A DNA stretch of 20,000 nt from Lama guanicoe (lineage: Eukaryota): positions 1,724,366-1,744,365 of the forward strand of contig MU054187.1 of the NCBI GenBank assembly GCA_013239625.1, given 5' to 3'. A program made the translations under genes and the position numbers. Below the pieces are notes generated by a model, which saw nothing but the letters and a program-made list of their open reading frames with translations, was not told the DNA's origin and made no database searches. Shown here piece after piece: positions 11,101 to 20,000 of the stretch. Each line of letters starts with the position of its first letter. The first letter of the stretch is position 1.

Positions 11101-12638
11101 GCTACTGAGAGCAAATTGAAACGCTGAGGTCGAGCACAGAAGGTCGTTGGTCGTCCGGCCAGGAGGAGCGGCGGGGCCTGTCGAGATGGGACGAGGGGGA
11201 GGCATGGTATCTCTTGGTTTTTGGGTTTAGAATCGGGAGGGAGGTGCTGACAGGTACTCAGCTGAGAAATTCTGGGAGGATAATAAGCTCAGGCGCTTCC
11301 AGGAAGACCTGCGTGTGGATTGTTGAGTCTGAAATGCCCACGAGCTAGTCGAGTGTAGGAGTCAGGTGTGCAGCTGGGTTTGGTGCTGGGGCCGAGGGTT
11401 CCATCAGGATGAGACGCATACAGCTGCGCGTCATCCGCAGAAGGTGGCGTTCATGCCCTTAGATCCTGAGTGCGACGCAGCAGGTGTTGGTAACTGCAAT
11501 TGTGGGTGGGTGAGTGTGGTGCCACCTCAATGCGGGGGCCAGAGGGCAGTGACCACAATTAACAGCAGTAGAAACGGTCACTTTCTGAGTGTGCACAGTC
11601 TCCTCGCAGCTGGGATCAACCGGCCCGCGGACGGCACAAAGCTGGAAAACCAGTGTCAGGAATGTGGCTTAATCAAGAGCGTGAACCATGATCTCTGATT
11701 TGAGAATGATTTATTTCACTCTTTTATAATTTACGGCTAGTGTATAATTTTATGGACATTATTTATTTCATGAAACAAAATTTCAGAAACCAGAAAAGTG
11801 CAGTGTATCGATGCTCAAACCAGAAAAATATTTCATTTTGATGCTACTTAGCTGAAAAGAAGGTTCAAAATGTATTAAGGAAAAAATCCCTAAGATTGAA
11901 GGGAACCAAAGCACGTGTGAAATTCTACAGGAAGTCACATAATATTTTATTCTTAGAGAAAAATTTGTATTCCTTTGTGAGAAGGAATAAAGGAAAGTGT
12001 CCCAAAGTCTTTGTCATATGAAATTGAGATTTTTTTAAGTGTAAAAAATTAGCAGCCTGATAATAACATAAAAGGACGCAACATTTGTTTTTAATGATGC
12101 AGAAGTGGACGACGACCATCGCAGTCGCTGCCAGGAAAACTTCCACAGACAGATCCTTCTCCTGTTATTAGGTTGGTGTTAATAATTATCCAGGCACCAA
12201 ATGGCAGTTTGGAGAGTTGCTGAAAGAAGACTTTCAGACCCATTCTTCCAACTGAGACATTCAGGGACTAAGAAATGTGTGGAATTGAATTAAAACACTG
12301 GTAAAGCAATTTGTTTTCTCTTCTCTGTTACAAATGAGCGTATCTAGCCAGCTGGGCGGATCTCATAGCTGGGGAGGAGGGGGCCGCGGTGAGGATGGCC
12401 CGGTGTCTCCCAGCAGTTCCCCAGACGGACAGACAAAACCGCTCTTTCTGGATGTGGACACAGGGACCAGCAAGAGGGATGTGGGGGGTGAGGGGGGCTG
12501 CCCACCGTCTCCCCTCATGTGTGCTGGGGATTCCCACCCAGGCTGGCTGCGGGGGCCGGGGGCCAAGCCGCAGAAGCTGGAGGTTTGAGATGTGGTTTGT
12601 GTGTGGAAGGGTGTCAGCAAGGCGTCTGTGATCCACTG

Positions 12639-12750
12639 GTTCATTCATTCAACTCGTAGGATGTGCTGCTGGCGAGGCTGCCGGGCACGTGGCGGGGCAC
12701 GGACATGCGGCGTGTCCTCCCTCTCAAGAGCTGACCATCCAACAGGAGGT
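12639..12750 (-). mobile_element. Possible L2 3' end fragment
   Basis: ttcattcattcaa tail followed by ..ccctctcaagagctgaccatc, resembling L2; heavily diverged. Confidence 0.4.
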
Positions 12751-13268
12751 GATAATCGTGGAGGTGACGGTGAGACCAGAAACACTGAGGTGTCTACATG
12801 TCCCTCCTTAACACCTCGCTCTAGTACCCGAGCGCAGCAAAATCCTGGGCCCTCCCAGTCTCCTTTATTAATGTGAATGTTGATTATCAAAGGCTCATAG
12901 CCAACCTTGATGGAACCAGCAGGTCGACCCAGGCACACTGGCAGGCTGGTCTGGGGGTGGACATAATTCCCCTTGTTCCAGGCCACTCACTGTATCGCCC
13001 GGTTTTCTCAGGGAACACGAGGAATGGCTGAGATGAAACTTTGTGACCAAATTTCTTACTTGCAGGTTTGCTTAGAAAAAGAAGATATGAAGGGGAGTTT
13101 TAACCTGTCCGTAGATTTCAGCGGTTCGTGCCTCTGTGGGCTTCTCTCTTCCAGAAGAGGTCTGTCTGCCGTTGCAATAATTTGTCTCAATAGTATTATG
13201 GAGTTGGTATGTTAACAGTCCTAAAGGCTTTTAAAAAATGGAATCAGTCTGAGGGTTTTAAAAATTAA

Positions 13269-13615
13269 TCCTGCCCTTTGCAGCAACATGGACGGACTTG
13301 GAGGGCGTTGTGCCAAGTTAAATACATCAGACAGAGAAAGACAAATACTGTATGATATTGTTTATACGTGGAATCTGAAAAATACAACCAACTAGTGGAT
13401 ATAACATAAAAGAAGCTCACAGACACAGAGAACAAGCCAAGGCTGCCAGTGGGGGGAGGGAGGGGCAATTTAGGGGTGGGGGAGGTGGGAGGTGTCAACA
13501 CTGGGTGTAAGACAGGCTCAAGGATGTGTTGTGTGCAGCACGGGGAATACAGCCAATATTTTGTAATAACTGTAAATGGAAAGTAACCTTAAAATGGCAT
13601 AACATTAAAAAAGTT
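13269..13615 (+). mobile_element. 5'-truncated LINE-1 3' end (artiodactyl-type L1)
   Basis: tttgcagcaacatggacggacttggaggg..cagacagagaaagacaaatactgtatgat..gtggaatctgaaaaat..cagcacggggaatacagccaatattttgtaataactgtaaatgga plus an A-rich tail. Candidate TSD (tt)aaaaattaa at 13258-13268 and 13614-13624. Confidence 0.9.
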
Positions 13616-13714
13616 AAAAATTAAACTTGAAAGATGTAAAAATAGAAGATTATGATAGTAAAATGTAAAAATCTATATTGAAAAAGGAAATATAAATTTA
13701 TGTCAACAGAAATT

Positions 13715-14440
13715 TCATTAACCAGAGATAACCACTGGTAATATTTTGTTATATTTTCACATTGTTTTAAAGCTTGCAATCTTTTTTCTTAAGCATACAT
13801 CAGGAAATTTTTTCCAGATTAATGAAAATAACTCAAATTACCTTTTAATCATTATAGCCTTCTATTGTATGAATTTGCCATATGTGGCTAAGCCATCCTC
13901 TTATGTGACAATGAAGATATTTTTATATTTTCACCATAAACAATGCTACAATGAACACTTCTGCACACCTCTTTATTAGGTAGGCCTCATTTAAAATTTT
14001 TTATTTATTTACTTATTTACTAATTTTTTTTATTGAAGTATAGTCAGTTTATAATGTTGTATCAATTCCTGGTGCACAGCATAATATTTCAGACATACAT
14101 GTACACACACATATTCCTTTTCACATTCTTTTCCATTATAAGTTACTATAAAATATTGAATATAGTTCCCTGTGCTGTATAGAGTAGAAACTTGTTTATC
14201 TAAGGTCTAATTTTTAAAAATAAAATTGCTGGGTCCACAATGGTAACACTTTGAAGGTTTTTGATACATTTTGCCAAGTTTCCCTCCAGAAATGTAGCAA
14301 TCCATGCTTCTGACACCAGTGTCACAGAGGAATTCCAAAGATCTTTGTCAAGACCAACTTTCTCTTCTTTCATATTTACCACTTTGATGAATCAGTGTAA
14401 CTCATTGTTTTCAATTTAAAATATGTTAAAAATGAGTATG
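13715..14440 (-). mobile_element. Ancient L1ME-like 3' fragment, split by a younger L1 piece at ~13996-14200
   Basis: ccagagataaccactgg; ttctattgtatgaat..ccata; aaacaatgctacaatgaaca; aattgctgggtc..tttgatacattttgccaagtttccctccagaaa. Confidence 0.55.
13996..14200 (-). mobile_element. Short lineage-specific L1 3' UTR and tail (related to the 4765-5569 element)
   Basis: (ttta)n tail then ttattgaagtatagtcagtttataatgttgtatcaattcctggtgcacagcat..aatatagttccctgtgctgtata; similar to 4778-4930. Confidence 0.85.
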
Positions 14441-15976
14441 TTTTATTTTAAGCTCTAACGTTTTGATTTTTTTAAGTTTTATGCAGATGAGCCCAAAATA
14501 GGGGAGGTTAAACATACACTGTAAATACTGAGCCTGCGTGGATTTAATTGATGACGTGAAGGAAAGCTTTTCCTGACCTCATACCAGATACCAGGTGAGA
14601 GGCACTAAGGGTCAAGGTCGCCAAGGTTGAGCGGGGGCAGGGGAGGGACCTTCAGCCTCGGTCACTGGCCCTGGGACGGCTGAACAAGGAATCCCGGGGG
14701 ATAAACGAATTTCTGGCCAACCCTAGTCTGAGTTGTCCAGAGATGGCTGGGCGAGGGGACTGAGAGCGAGCGGCAGAAACACGGGGCAGAACCCACAGGA
14801 AATCATTACAGGAGGCGCATCAGCATGTTGAGATCCCAGCGTTGAGCAGCTGAGAGCAGAGTGGCCGGAGCCTGGGCCTTCGGGCCTCTCACAGCTCTGG
14901 CCACTGTGCTCCCTTCCCCGAGACCCTGGCAGGGACGTCTGGCAGGGGAGGACTCGCGCACAGCTTGTTGCAGTTTGCTTGTTTCAAGCCGGCTACTGTA
15001 CAAGCATCTTCACGTGCTATTCATGCAGTTTCAGTCCACATACGAGGTACCTAAGATGAGCAGGCCGTCCCTCTGGCACAGGAAAGCAACAAAGCTGACC
15101 AGTGAGGGTGCAGAAGGGTGTGTTTTCATCCAAGGACAAACTCTGGCATTAAACGAACACCTGCTCGTCCACGCTCGGCATCCAGAGCAGCCAGGGGGAG
15201 GAGTTCAGTCCAGGTGACAGGTGGGGCCGCCCACTAGTCTTGAGTCAGCCTCCATCCTGGAGGGAAAAACACAGCTCTTTCGGGAGACCTCTTGCTGCTA
15301 ACCCAACCAACAAAGCGACTTCCACACAGAGGCGATCATGCTTGCTGGCGGATCTGCAGGCGGGAAAACACAAGGAAACACGACCAAGAGGGAAGGTACC
15401 TCTCCACACCCCCTTCTTCCTTTCAGTCCACTGATAACAACAGCTGGTAAAAGGTGCGTCTCCAAGGGCCACGGAGACCCTTTACAGGCGCGATCTTTTC
15501 CTTTCTCAGGGGGAGGAGTCCTGTGGGGGCTGGGAACCCGGGACTGCTGCCTGTTGCCCTTAAATTAATCACATCAACATCTGTTAACATCTTTCTCTGA
15601 AGCATTTCATGGTGCCTACTGCAAAAGTGAAATTCGTATTTTCTTTTATTTCCTTTTAAATGCAGTTACTAGATCAGCGGGAGAGACCTGCAAATACGGA
15701 AGGATTAGTTGCACAGTGGCTCATCGGTTCTGTCCCAGGAGAGGTGATACGGGGGTGCTCGGGGCTCCTGAATGGTCACAGGTTACACCCCCCCAAAGAG
15801 GGTGAGGCTCAGAGCCAGTCTGGACTTTTGAAAAAGAAAAAAAAAGGAAGAGGAATCTCTCTGGCAGATGGCTTAAATGAACCCAGCAGAAGGCTGAGAC
15901 TCAGGTAAGTAACACCTAAGTGCTGAATCATGTTTTGGGGAGAAGACAGACTGGTAACAGACGATCCCTGACTTGC

Positions 15977-16117
15977 CTCAGCCTCTTCTTGTCCCAGAAA
16001 GTCCATCTCCTTGTTTGTTTCCGAAAAATCAGAACTTCCCTCAGCTGAGAGGCTGGAGACACCATTGATTTTGACCAACACCGAAGGCATCCCTCCACAG
16101 TATTTTTAAAAACCACA
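15977..16117 (-). pseudogene. Exon E (141 nt; inferred 1-bp deletion near 16112-16091; GC-type donor)
   Basis: Weak acceptor ttcaactaccctaag|T, donor GAG|gcaagt. It enters in the frame of track ORF 15928..16143 and must exit in the frame of track ORF 15809..16090 to join exon F. Confidence 0.55.
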
Positions 16118-16261
16118 CTTAGGGTAGTTGAATTAAAATACAAATGTTACTTTTCTCTCCACAAATACTGTCACAAAACCAAATTTCTTATTCATGGTAT
16201 AAAATCAGAAGAAATCTACCATTTGTTAAAGTTTATCCATCCTAACGTTAAAAAAGCTCAC

Positions 16262-16371
16262 CTTTTAGGAATTTCAACACATGTTGCAATTTTTTTCTAC
16301 TGTGAATTTAATATTCTAATATAATTGGTCATTACTAGAATGACTTCCCTCAGGTCATCTGAGAGAAGAGG
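16262..16371 (-). pseudogene. Exon D (110 nt; TAG at 16299-16297)
   Basis: Strong acceptor cttcttcattcttgattttcag|CCT and strong donor AAAG|gtgagc. Reads PLLSDDLREVILVMTNYIRILNSQ*KKIATCVEIPK; phase 0 to 2. Confidence 0.75.
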
Positions 16372-16690
16372 CTGAAAATCAAGAATGAAGAAGTTGATTT
16401 GATCTGTTCTTGCGTAAACAAGCTTTCATGTGGCTCAGCCCCAAAGAGAAAATGATATTAATGCGGAATTATTAGATCAAGTGAGTTTACTGGTTCCAGA
16501 ACAATTTTCTTGATGGAGGTAGGATTTCTTTTGTTTGTTCCAGTAGGTTTTTAAAGCAAACTATTAACCGTCTTAGTTTCACTTTGATCTGACGCGTTCC
16601 TCATGAACTGTGCCTGCACCAGGCGCCTTCCGCCAGGAGTGTCACCTTTGGTCACTGGTGCTGGAATTCAAAAGAAGTGGCCTAGCCTAC

Positions 16691-16812
16691 CTGAAACTTC
16701 CATTAAATACATTTAATTTGGGGACGATGTGAAGCAGATTCATCTGAAATAGTAGCTCTTACTTCTGTGTCAAAACTATTATAGGTTTTCAGAGTAACTA
16801 TGTTCAGTTGGC
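16691..16812 (-). pseudogene. Exon C (122 nt; TAA at 16705-16703)
   Basis: Acceptor tttactgttgtatctag|GC, donor TTTCAG|gtaggc. Reads QLNIVTLKTYNSFDTEVRATISDESASHRPQIKCI*WKFQ; phase 1 to 0. Confidence 0.7.
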
Positions 16813-16912
16813 CTAGATACAACAGTAAATTTAAGCTCTGCGTGTTACAAGCTAAAAAAAAAATCTTGGAAAGATTCCCGTATCTTATTTTTCTTTTATT
16901 TTCTATGCTAAA

Positions 16913-17276
16913 AATGAGTAATGAACCTTGAAGATGTTAAGCTTAGAGAAATAAACCAGAAACAAAACGGCAAATGTTATTATTCTGTTTACATGAAATG
17001 CCTAGGGTAGCCAAATTCATAGGACGGGAATTAAAACAGTGGTTACTACAGACCGGGAAGAAGAGGAATGGGAATCCGCTCCTTGCTAAGCACAGAGTTG
17101 GTTTGGGATAACGAGAGAGCTTTGAAGACAGGTAGTGGTGACAGTCACATAACAATGTGAATGTACTTAACACCACTGAATTGCACACTTAAAATGGTTT
17201 ACATAGTACACTTTATGTTATGTATATTTTAGCACAATACAATACAATAAAATAAAAAGAACTATTAAAAAAAAAA
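16913..17276 (+). mobile_element. L1MB-like 3' end with polyA tail, in the intron between exons B and C
   Basis: atgaaccttgaa..gccaaattcatag..gtggtgacagtcacataacaatgtgaatgtacttaacaccactgaattgcacacttaaaatggtt..ttatgttatgtatatttt..A-run. Confidence 0.9.
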
Positions 17277-17387
17277 GAAGTGGCTTAGGAAGGGATACAG
17301 GAAACGATAAAGTAGCAGTAAGACGCCTGCAGGGGCTGAAATGGTTTCGCTGGAAGAATTTCAATATGTCTTTAGAAGAAGATGCCC

Positions 17388-17520
17388 AAGAGATGATCTA
17401 ATCCAGCCTCTTGTTTTATTGCTGTAGGAAGTCAGGGAGACCAAGTGGCTTATCCAGCGTTAGTTACAGATCCGAGAAGAATACGTCCCAGTTGAGTTTA
17501 ATCCGGTGTTCCTTCTACCT
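17388..17520 (-). mobile_element. Possible MIR3/MIR fragment
   Basis: agagatgatctaatccagcctcttgtttta..aggaa..aagtggcttatcca..agtta. Confidence 0.4.
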
Positions 17521-17619
17521 AGGTTGGTATCAATTCCATCGGTCTGTCTGCCTGTCTATCAAATATCCATCTCTCTTCATCTACACCGATACCTACACAA
17601 TCACGGCTCTCTATGTGCC

Positions 17620-17639
17620 CGCGCGCGCGCGTGTGTGTA
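17620..17639. repeat. (CG)6(TG)3 alternating purine-pyrimidine tract
   Basis: cgcgcgcgcgcgtgtgtgta seen directly. Confidence 0.9.
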
Positions 17640-17663
17640 ATCTTGTCCTCTGAGAGTATTTAC

Positions 17664-17756
17664 CTTTGAGAGAGAGTTTAGAACAGGTTTCCCCAGGCGA
17701 TGTGACCTAGAGTCTTCAAATAAACTTAGAATTTGAAATAATACACAAATGACATC
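17664..17756 (-). pseudogene. Exon B (93 nt, symmetric; TGA at 17718-17716 and TAG at 17709-17707 in the phase-1 frame)
   Basis: Acceptor cagtttaattttcag|GA, donor AAAG|gtaaat. Both neighbouring exons require phase 1. The phase-0 frame happens to be open (DVICVLFQ...LSK). Confidence 0.6.
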
Positions 17757-18541
17757 CTGAAAATTAAACTGAATTATTCTGAGTGGGAGATTTAAATTAT
17801 CTGTCGCCCACATTAACGTGTTTTCTCACCTGTGCAAGCCATAATTAATCTCCGAGTAATTGAATATTTTGTTGCAAAATAGCCTAACTTGCTAAAGAAG
17901 TGAGGTGGTGGTGTCAAGGCTGGCCTGGTAAGCCACCCAAGAGGAAATACTTCTGAAATGAGGCACCGAAAAGTGTGAGGATTATGACAAGCTAACGGGG
18001 GACGGATGAATCTCTGTTCGGCCTCTCTGTGCATTTCTCTCTGACCCAAGTGAATTTTACGAATCTGTTGTTACTGTAGATGTTGTAAATGAAGAATTTA
18101 CTTCTCATTTCCTAATGACAATAATTATAATATAGTAATAGTAAAATAATAGGCAGTGTGCCAAGCGCTGTTTTAATTATGTGATTAATTAAATTGGGAA
18201 TGAGAGAGCCTATGGGAAGGGGATGAACTAGGGAAAGGCAGCCCTCCTCTCGGTGGTACAGCTGCCTGTCCGGCACACGGTTCCCGGGAGTCTGCATCCT
18301 CGTGCACCGCCCGCCCGCGGGCACCTGCCTCGCCTCACGGGGCTGCCCCCCACCTGGCAGCCTTCTGCTCACGATGCTGCTTTGCTCCTTGCTGGTTCTC
18401 ATTGCTCAGGGAAACGCAGTTTAAAAGACTGAGGGAGGATGGAAATGTTTCGAGGCACCGCGGCCCTCCCACTTTAACTCACCACCCCTTCCTTCTGCTC
18501 TGAGCGGTGAGACCCCATCTACAATCACAAATGAGATTCAC

Positions 18542-18764
18542 CTCCAACTGGCACGTGTTCTGAGAACAGCCAGAAGCACAAATTACTTAGTGATGCTTTC
18601 TGGGTAACATTACAGGTTTGGTTTTGTTTTGGTTTGGCTTTTTCCTTAGAGTGGTTTACCAGAAAAGCTTTAACTGCTAAAACTTTTCCTCTCATCTCTC
18701 CAGTGATAAAATTCTGATAAAAATGTATGTGTTGATATATGTTACGAAAATTATTGGAGAAACT
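18542..18764 (-). pseudogene. Exon A (223 nt, open; internal ATG at 18695-18693, MRGKVLAVKAFL...)
   Basis: Acceptor ttccttctcctcacctccccccag|AGT, donor GGAG|gtgaat. Lies within track ORF 18525..18827; phase 0 to 1. Confidence 0.65.
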
Positions 18765-19879
18765 CTGGGGGGAGGTGAGGAGAAGGAATTTGCTACAATA
18801 GGAAATGGCCTCAATGAACATGTCCATTTAAAGATTAACGTTTCATAAAATTTATTTTTAATATTTCTTTGTATTTCCTAATTTTCAGCACAGGTTTTTC
18901 TGTTTACATGCTAATGTATTTGTGTGACAATAATTTGCAAGAAAAACTACAACCAGGTATTAAATAATAACAGACATCATCGTTGTCATTGCCACTAGAG
19001 GTCAGGCAAAACAAACACGGCAGAGACTTTCCCTGTGTCCTTCACAAAATACCAGAAAGCCAGGCTATTTCCTGTGCCCATTAAACACAGTCACGTGGTC
19101 TGCATCTCTCTAGCTTTTCCACGGAGCCAAAAAGAGGATGTCTATGACTGTAAATTATATAGTCGAAATTGTATCCGTTTATTCCTCTGATGTTTTAAAC
19201 GAAATGAATAGTTTATGAATTAGTAACGAAATGGCTAGCATTTACAGTTGCATTCTTTATCCAATTGTTGCTCAAGTGACTTTTATGAAGATAAAGTTTC
19301 ATGTATTTTTAAAAGACACACAATGTGAATCAGAGAAAGGGGTTTGCTAGAGATTCTGTCGTAATGACTAGCCTGCCGTACACCTTAGTAATGAAGGTGT
19401 TTTATACGGTATATTTCTTCTTCAAAAGGTATGTTAAGCATTGAAGGTCAGTAGAAGTCTCTGCATGTACCCGGAGTGCCTCCCAGCCCCGCCGCAGCCG
19501 CCTCCTAGCCCTGAATCTTTAAAACCTAAAGATGGAGTGGATTGCTTGGGGCCAGGAAGACCTGCCTTTGGGAGCTGGGTGAACTCCGGTGGGCTCAGTA
19601 ACTTCTCAGGGAGGCGGCCGGCTTCACGGGGGGAGGGAGGCAGCCACACGGACCAAGGCAGCTGCGGGTGCTCTGAAGGGTGACGGGGCCTTGCGGGTGC
19701 AGAGGTTCTTAGTGCGAGAGGCCACCAGCCGAACACAGCCCCTCTGGGAACCCTGATATGTTCTGGAGGAGGCGCAGGAATGCCTGCAGCAAAGGGACAG
19801 AGACTTGAGTTAAAGCACGCTTTTCTCTACCGTCCAAACAACTCGGAAGCCAGAACCTGAGGACGTCTGTGACACTCAC

Positions 19880-20000
19880 AGGTAGCGCTGCCCGGGGCTA
19901 CAGCTGCATCTGACGAAGGACGGTCAAGGCGCACAGCCCTCACAGCTGCCTTCCCGCCCTCCGGCCGCCCGCTGAGAGCGCAGGCCCTGCTCCCGCCCCC
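19880..20000. promoter_or_regulatory. Edge of a CpG-rich, GC-box region; candidate promoter or first exon of the minus-strand gene
   Basis: CCCGCCC GC boxes (~19953-19959 and 19992-19998) and dense CpG. A minus-strand donor CCT|gtgagt lies at 19880/19879. Truncated by the window end. Confidence 0.4.

Larger units (their letters stand above)
3506..18764 (-). pseudogene. Spliced 7-exon gene model for an unrecognised ~335-aa protein, disabled by 4 nonsense codons and a 1-bp frameshift (probable unitary or non-processed pseudogene)
   Basis: Manual exon chaining. Phases are 0-1, 1-1, 1-0, 0-2, 2-(0 after +1 bp), 0-1, 1-stop. Exon lengths 223+93+122+110+141+79+239 = 1007 nt, and adding 1 gives 1008 = 336 codons. 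All exons have AG acceptors; internal donors are GT except one GC. Reconstruction: SFSNNFRNIYQHIHFYQNFITGEMRGKVLAVKAFLVNHSKEKAKPKQNQTCNVTQKASLSNLCFWLFSEHVPVG/GCHLCIISNSKFI*RL*VTSPGETCSKLSLK/GQLNIVTLKTYNSFDTEVRATISDESASHRPQIKCI*WKFQ/PLLSDDLREVILVMTNYIRILNSQ*KKIATCVEIPK/SVVFK~(fs)~GMPSVLVKINGVSSLSAEGSSDFSETNKEMDFLGQEEAE/PLVSSPAVQAPKHLVLLNISPGPVIS/GKNFKDNFL...PPSPGPQTS*. Confidence 0.7.

Noticed and set aside
9624..13215. Many overlapping ORFs in intron E-F
   Set aside because: They overlap LTR/L2 relics and GC-rich DNA, and I found no convincing minus-strand acceptor/donor pair in phase with the gene model. A missed small exon cannot be excluded.
16297..17718. In-frame stops as programmed readthrough, selenocysteine or RNA-editing sites
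   Set aside because: All three stop types occur and come with a frameshift, and no SECIS or readthrough context was seen. Pseudogenisation is the simpler explanation.
19385..19441. ATG-initiated MLNIPFEEEIYRIKHLHY on the minus strand as a first coding exon
   Set aside because: It ends in TAA just before the weak donor, so it cannot join exon A without another frameshift.

Overview
Mammalian genomic DNA, probably camelid or another cetartiodactyl (inferred from the style of the L1 3' UTRs and the absence of recognisable Alu, B1, BovB, Bov-tA, PRE-1 or CAN SINEs). It is moderately GC/CpG-rich and carries LINE-1, MIR, L2, MaLR (MLT1) and MER21-group LTR relics. Most ORFs in the six-frame track are chance ORFs or repeat-derived. 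The main hidden structure is a spliced minus-strand gene that the ORF track does not show. Seven exons (18764-18542, 17756-17664, 16812-16691, 16371-16262, 16117-15977, 8568-8490, 3744-3506) have proper splice signals and chain in phase into a ~335-aa protein I do not recognise. The reading frame is broken by four in-frame stops and one 1-bp frameshift, all in exons 2-5, so it looks like an intron-containing (unitary or duplicated) pseudogene. An intact 143-aa C-terminal spliced ORF remains. A GC-box/CpG-rich stretch at the right edge is a plausible promoter. No prokaryotic-type systems, CRISPR arrays, tRNAs or rRNAs were seen. Repeat family names come from recalled consensus sequences, not from a search.
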